A stretch of DNA of 64,000 nucleotides, from assembly GCF_009914755.1 (NCBI RefSeq), contig NC_060944.1. The stretch is one strand, 5' to 3'. Below the pieces are notes generated by a model. That model was not told the DNA's origin, did no database searches, and saw only the letters and a list, made by a program, of their open reading frames with translations. Source of the DNA: the human T2T-CHM13v2.0 reference genome, Homo sapiens. Position 1 is the stretch's first letter, and each line of letters begins with the position of its first letter. Position numbers and translations under genes: made by a program. This document shows positions 57,026 to 64,000 of this stretch, in pieces.

Positions 57026-58956
57026 GGATGGATGCATGGATGGATGGATGGATGGACAGAATGGGTGGGTGGATGGATGGATGGATGGATGGATGGATGG
57101 ATAGATGGGTGGGTGGATGGATGGATGGATAGATGGGTGGATGGATAGATGGGTGGATGGATAAATGGATGGATGGATGGATGGATAGATGGGTGGGTGG
57201 ATGGATGGATGGATGGATGGATGGATGGATGGATGGATAGATGGATAGATGGGTGGGTGGATGGATGGATGGATGGATGGATGGATGGATGGATGGATAG
57301 ATGGGTGGGTGGATGGATGGATGGATAGATGGATAGATGGGTGGGTGGATGGATGGATGGATAGATGGGTGGGTGGATGGATGGATGGATAGATGGATAG
57401 ATGGGTGGGTGGATGGATGGATGGATAGATGGGTGGGTGGATGGATGGATGGATAGATGGATAGATGGGTGGGTGGATGGATGGATGGATAGATGGGTGG
57501 GTGGATGGATGGATGGATAGATGGGTGGATGGATAAATGGATGGATGGATGGATGGATAGATGTGTGGGTGGATGGATGGATGGATGGATGGATGGATGG
57601 ATGGATAGATGGATAGATGGGTGGGTGGATGGATGGATGGATGGATGGATGGATGGATGGATGGATAGATGGGTGGATGGATGGATAGATGGGTGGGTGG
57701 ATGGATGGATGGATAGATGGATAGATGGGTGGGTGGATGGATGGATGGATAGATGGATAGATGGGTGGGTGGATGGATGGATGGATAGATGGGTGGGTGG
57801 ATGGATGGATGGATAGATGGATAGATGGGTGGGTGGATGGATGGATGGATAGATGGGTGGGTGGATGGATGGATGGATAGATGGATAGATGGGTGGGTGG
57901 ATGGATGGATGGATAGATGGGTGGGTGGATGGATGGATGGATAGATGGGTGGGTGGATGGATGGATGGATAGATGGGTGGGTGGATGGATGGATGGATAG
58001 ATGGATAGATGGGTGGGTGGATGGATGGATGGATAGATGGGTGGGTGGATGGATGGATGGATGGATGGATGGATGGATAGATGGGTGGGTGGATGGATGG
58101 ATGGATAGATGGGTGGGTGGATGGATGGATGGATGGATGGATGGATGGATGGATGGATAGATGGATAGATGGGTGGGTGGATGGATGGATGGATAGATGG
58201 GTGGGTGGATGGATGGATGGATAGATGGATAGATGGGTGGGTGGATGGATGGATGGATAGATGGATAGATGGGTGGGTGGATGGATGGATGGATAGATGG
58301 GTGGGTGGATGGATGGATGGATAGATGGGTGGGTGGATGGATGGATGGATAGATGGGTGGGTGGATGGATGGATGGATAGATGGGTGGGTGGATGGATGG
58401 ATGGATAGATGGGTGGGTGGATGGATGGATGGATAGATGGATAGATGGGTGGGTGGATGGATGGATGGATAGATGGGTGGGTGGATGGATGGATGGATGG
58501 ATGGATAGATGGATAGATGGGTGGGTGGATGGATGGATGGATAGATGGGTGGGTGGATGGATGGATGGATGGATGGATGGATGGATGGATGGATAGATGG
58601 ATAGATGGGTGGGTGGATGGATGGATGGATAGATGGGTGGGTGGATGGATGGATGGATAGATGGATAGATGGGTGGGTGGATGGATGGATGGATAGATGG
58701 ATAGATGGGTGGGTGGATGGATGGATGGATAGATGGGTGGGTGGATGGATGGATGGATAGATGGGTGGGTGGATGGATGGATGGATAGATGGATAGATGG
58801 GTGGGTGGATGGATGGATGGATAGATGGGTGGGTGGATGGATGGATGGATAGATGGATAGATGGGTGGGTGGATGGATGGATGGATAGATGGGTGGGTGG
58901 ATGGATGGATGGATAGATGGGTGGGTGGGTGGATGGATGGATGGATGGATGGATAG
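57026..58956. repeat. ~1.9 kb (GGAT)n-family array with 28/36-bp higher-order units
   Basis: Tetramers GGAT/AGAT/GGGT arranged as GGATAGATGGGTGGGTGGATGGATGGAT and a 36-bp variant carrying an extra GGATAGAT. Confidence 0.97.
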
Positions 58957-60732
58957 AATAAAAAGAAAGCTAGGACATGGTTCTAGTGTTCTTAGCAGAC
59001 GTCCCACCATGGAAGAGGTCATGGGGCACAGGGGCTTTGGGAAAGGTGTTTACAATCCTGCCTCCCTCTCACCCAGACCTCTTGCCAGGGTTGGCACACC
59101 CAGATGCCTGCTGTGACCAATGGAGAGGAGCAATTCTGGCCAGACTGGTGGGAAAGCAAGGACGAACCACGGAGGCCATCCCTGGCAACTGAGCTGATAG
59201 CTGCCACACGAAAATGAGGACACAGCATTGCCTAATCTGACTCATCAAAGAAAGGCCTGAAACCCAAATTCCAAATGTCATTCAGGCCAAAGTAGATGCG
59301 TCCATATATCATACCTGGCCTTGGGTATCTGTTTGCTACCATGATATTTATCACTGCCTGCCTTCTGTGTATTGAATGGAGACAGGACACAGGCTGCTTC
59401 ATAGAGAGGAAAGCCCCACCAGCTATGCTCCATCCTCTGGCATCACAAGATTGACACTCATGGCTGAGCTTGACGTTCGGGCAGGCATCTTAGAAGGAGA
59501 ACAGTCTGCCCTCCACCGTGCCAGAAAAGACACGTACAAGCAAGAGCATCATTCTCTAAGGAAACCCGCAGGCCTCCCTGGCGGCAGCTGCCTGCCTGGA
59601 GAAAAGTGGCTCCTCCTGACTTTCCAGCAGCCCTCTCTGTAGGCGTGAGTGTCAGCTGGGGAGCCTGTGAACAGCTCTAAAAGTAGACACTTTTTTTTCA
59701 TGCCAAGAGAAAACTAGAATGCTTTTTGTTAAAAAAAATCTTGGAAAAAGTGATATGTTTCTTCCTGCCACCCGCCTCCTCCTTGCCACCTGGTGCATAG
59801 TTGAGCGCGGACCGCCACGCTGTGCCAATGCTGGAAAGGGCAGACCTGCAGTCGCAGCACTCCTTTCCTGCTGGCCAGGAAGGCCTTGGCCTTGGACTTG
59901 AGATCCCGGCCTTTAAAGGACACCTTTACCACTTCTCTTTCCCCGTAGATGTGTTGGACTTTTTCCTACAATTTCTCCCAGTGTGTTATGTTGATCAGCT
60001 TTCCTCAGCCTTCAGCGTGTCTAATGGCCAAGCCGGCCTTCACATCCCCACTCAGTTCATGAGTCTGTCGATGTAACTGCCTGGATGAGCAGGCAAGGAT
60101 GACCTCTGGAGACGTCTAGTCAATTGCTTAATGATCGGACTATATCGACCAGAAATGGTTAATTCAGTTCCGCAAGTCAAAATCTCCCAGGGCTTCTTGG
60201 AAAAGTGTATTACTTGCAGAAGTGATGGGGAATTTAAGTCCTCCCAGATAAACCAGGCTGGCCATTGGCAGCATGAACAGAGACAGTAATGTCTTCTATT
60301 TCAGTCTTGAAGAGGTATAACTTTTTTCTCCCAGCTGTGCAAAAATGATTTTTGTGGCATTGATGCCCACGTGCACACAGCCCCTTAAAAAGCACGTTGG
60401 AGCCATGTGCATACCTGGCCCTCTCTCCTGAAGATTTCTAGACGGCAGGCTGTGTGGGTTACTTCATGGCTCCTAGTAGTCTTCCCCTTTTGAATATAAA
60501 TTGGGGGAAAAAGTTAATATTTTTTATTTTTAAAATTCACAATATTCATGGAAATACAAATTTCCCAAAAGCTCATCACGAATGCTGATAGCACCATAGT
60601 ACCTGGCGGCCAAAAATGCAGAAACCTGGCCCTAAGCTTCACCAGGATCCAAGATGCCCCTCTCCTTCCTATGGATACAGAAGGAGCCTAAAGCATAGAA
60701 ATCGTTCAACCTGGGGGAGGTCTAAAACTTTT

Positions 60733-61124
<392 letters not shown>

Positions 61125-63105
61125 TGACTCAACATTACGATCAATTGTAAAATAGGTTTGGTTAAATTCAGAGCTTTTCCAGTTTGAATGACGAAAGCTG
61201 CCATGCTGCTGCTGTAGGATGATTTTAGGAAGCCCACAAGATCCGAGACACCCTCACTCCTCCTGGCCACCTTCACCTGGGAGCCTGTAGCTGGTGCTGA
61301 AGTTCTCCTTGGATAGGGGAAAGCAGCCGGGTCTGAGCCCTGCCCTCACCATGCAGGTCTCTGCCAGGAGCTTGGGCCCCGAGGCCCAGCCCTGGGCCAG
61401 CCATCATGGGCACCTGGAGTGCACAGCCTCAAGTCGCAAATCCATTCCCTTTAGAGTTGCTGGCAAGTGTGATGTGTATTGTTGTGTGGTTGGGAGAACA
61501 CCACTCTATTTCTGAAATAAAACCTGGACACTAGGATTTTTTTCAATGTTTTACAAAAATTGCTACACAGCCCCCATTTTCTCTAATACAATTCAAGTTC
61601 CTCCAAAGTTAATTTGCCAGGGGTTCAGAGGGAGGCAAGGAGAGAGGGTGAGTAGGCAGATCACAGAGGGCTTTTTAGGGCAGTGACGCTCTTCTGCATG
61701 ATAAGGCTGTGGGAACCTGGGTGTTTAGATGGAGGGCCAGAGCTCGTGACAGACCACAGTGGGTTCCCAAGGAAAGTGGGACTTCACAGAACTCCCTCTC
61801 TGAAGCAGACGATGAAGGGTCCCCGACGGGCAACACAGAGAGCAGAGTTTAAAGGCGCCGGGCAGGGAGCATGGCCCGAGAGCACCTGGGCTGTTGGAAC
61901 AGGCAGCACTGGAAATGAGGAAAGCAGCGAGCAGGCGGTTCCGCCACCAGACGGAGGTGGCCGTAGACCCCCAAAACCAAGGGGGTGGGAGCTCCGATGG
62001 TGCCATGGAAACAAACATGGGGGATTTCAGCCGCTGAGGAAAGACAGTGTGTTAACAGCTGGATGAACATACCACCTAAACAGCAACGCGGGCAAGTCAG
62101 CAGGAACTGATGCCATGTTCTGATCCAGCGAGTGGGCGTGGGGTGAGGCCTGATACTGCTGAGTGCCAGGCTGTCCCTAACACAGACTCTCGGCGTCGTA
62201 TCTGTCCTCTAGTGCCCCCGTGGCCCCTGGGACACTTTACCTCCATCCCTAAGAACTAACTTTTACGTCTTGGAAAACGGAAGGTGCCCATTCACGTGGG
62301 GGCACCAGGTTTTTCCTTCCCCTGTGCGCACACACAACATCCATAAACAGTAATAAGGGCAGCTAGCTCACATCCAGAGGAGAGCAAAGCCCACCCGAGC
62401 GACGTGGCTTTGACCCTGAAGCAGTTAAGTTCCCTGTTCCAAGACACTTAAAGTAAGAGTTAAAATACCAATAAGAGTTCTTGGTTATTCCAAAAATGCA
62501 TCAAATTTTCCAGTTAAATAAAGGATAATCTTATTGTTCTCCATATAAGGAAGCATTTCAACTTTCAGTGAAAAGTTAGCAAATATGAACACCAAAAAAT
62601 GCAGCTCTCCTACAAGAGATTCAATTAAGCGTCGATGCAACCGTGCGAACAGCATGTTGCAGCACAAAGGCAGCCTGTTTTTCTGGCCATTATTAATCTA
62701 GAAAGCTTAATGATGAACAACATTTGTGTTATTGTCTACCCAAATTTAATTTATTTATGCAGCAGTTAATCTTGCAATCTGTTTTTCTCAAACGAGGGCA
62801 GATAATGGAGACACCGTTCTTTACAAGTCTTCAGGCTTTTAAATTCTGATAAAATCAGGATTCTTCACTGGGTCTTGCCCCAGCTCTGAATTAAACCACT
62901 TTAAATGTAATTATGGGACCTGGCCTTACAGCAGGAACATCCATTTAAAAAATTGATTGGTCAGGCTGTTCCACAAGACATTTTATGAGCAAACGATTGC
63001 AATGAGGCCAGAACTGTAATTTATAAAGGCAAAAAAGCAGGTAAATACTTTATTAGTGGTAATGAGAGGGTTGCCAGCTCACTGAGTCTCTTCTTTCCTT
63101 ACCAG

Positions 63106-63196
63106 CTACTTCACCGAGCCGTGGTGCCTGGCCCTGTTCCACGATCGTTTTATTGATCTCAGGAAAGAGTTACGCCAAATCTTAGCCTCCAAGGAG
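63106..63196 (+). CDS. CFAP61: CFAP61 coding exon (91 nt, phase 2 to 0): (S)YFTEPWCLALFHDRFIDLRKELRQILASKE
   Basis: Acceptor TCTCTTCTTTCCTTACCAG ends at 63105, donor GAG|GTAAGA at 63197. AG+C completes Ser from the 16812-17017 exon. Matches the recalled CFAP61 C-terminus; the terminal exon lies beyond the window. Confidence 0.9.
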
Positions 63197-64000
63197 GTAA
63201 GAGTGATTAATGGATATGTGGATTATTCCTTGCAAATTATAAGCAGCTGATAGCTGTTGATCATTTAGACTTTTCCCTACATTCCCATTTTATGGTTTTA
63301 CTTTTTAAAACAACAGTATCTCATATAAACAAACTGCGGAGCATGTAAATGCAGACTGTGTTATTTCAGGGGAAGTGATTTTATTTAAATCTTTTTATAG
63401 GGGGCAAATTTCTTTTTCCTTTTTTTAAAGAACTGTATTTTTCTGATCAGCTCAGAGTGCTGGCAGAAAACTGAATCTGAGTTGCATCTACTTGCCCTCA
63501 AGAACGAACGTTGCATTCCTTTAGTTTCTGCCTGTGTTTGCCAGCCATTTGCGGAACATATGTGTGTGTGTGTTCTTTTAAAGATGTACAGGGAAGCCAT
63601 CCAGTGTGCCTCAAAAGCACACTCCTTTTATAACCAGAACTTCTTTCTCAAAATACTACAGAATTAACTGGACATTAGGCTGCGTAGCCCAAGGGCTGCA
63701 CGCTCAGCAAGAAATTTGACCCCAAGGTATAAATAGTGAGGTATTTGTGAAACTTTAAGTTAAAATATTTCTTTCAATATGAGAATCTCTAGCAGAACTG
63801 TGGAACGTTAAGAGCTGTGTTCAGTGAGTGGTTGAATCTCCAGCCTGGCTCTACCCTGCTTCACTCAGCCAAGTGCCGGGGCCTGGGTTAGCTTCTACCT
63901 CGTGTTACCGTCTACATAGGCAACTCCCACATCTCCATTGTCACTTCCTCCTGGGAGCCCCCACGCGCCTTATTGGACGGCACTGCTAGGGAGCGCGCAC

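Noticed and set aside
56815-59022. 735-aa minus-strand ORF (SIHP repeats) and the overlapping WMDG ORFs
   Set aside because: The (ATCC)n strand has almost no G and no TAA, so it cannot contain stops; a simple-repeat artefact.

Overview
Human (primate) genomic DNA from the 3' part of CFAP61 (C20orf26), a + strand cilia/flagella gene. Four coding exons are present (6898-7225, 8589-8680, 16812-17017, 63106-63196). They have canonical AG/GT sites and join in one reading frame, with a ~46 kb intron before the last one; the gene runs off both window ends. The rest is intronic. It holds Alus (including a human-specific AluYb8), L1 fragments (including a 2.25 kb L1PA2), MaLR LTRs, hAT/Tigger DNA transposons, MIR/L2 relics, three large simple-repeat arrays (CCTT-rich, AT-rich, GGAT-rich) and several repeat-poor, motif-dense candidate enhancers. 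The most unusual structure is at 33123-35822: an L1PA2 landed in the tail of an older Alu and carries, at its truncated 5' end, an inverted copy of the target site. This made a perfect 127-bp inverted repeat with a 13-nt loop. No novel protein-coding system is supported; the long ORFs in the track are repeat artefacts. Repeat subfamily calls are from remembered consensus motifs, not from a search.
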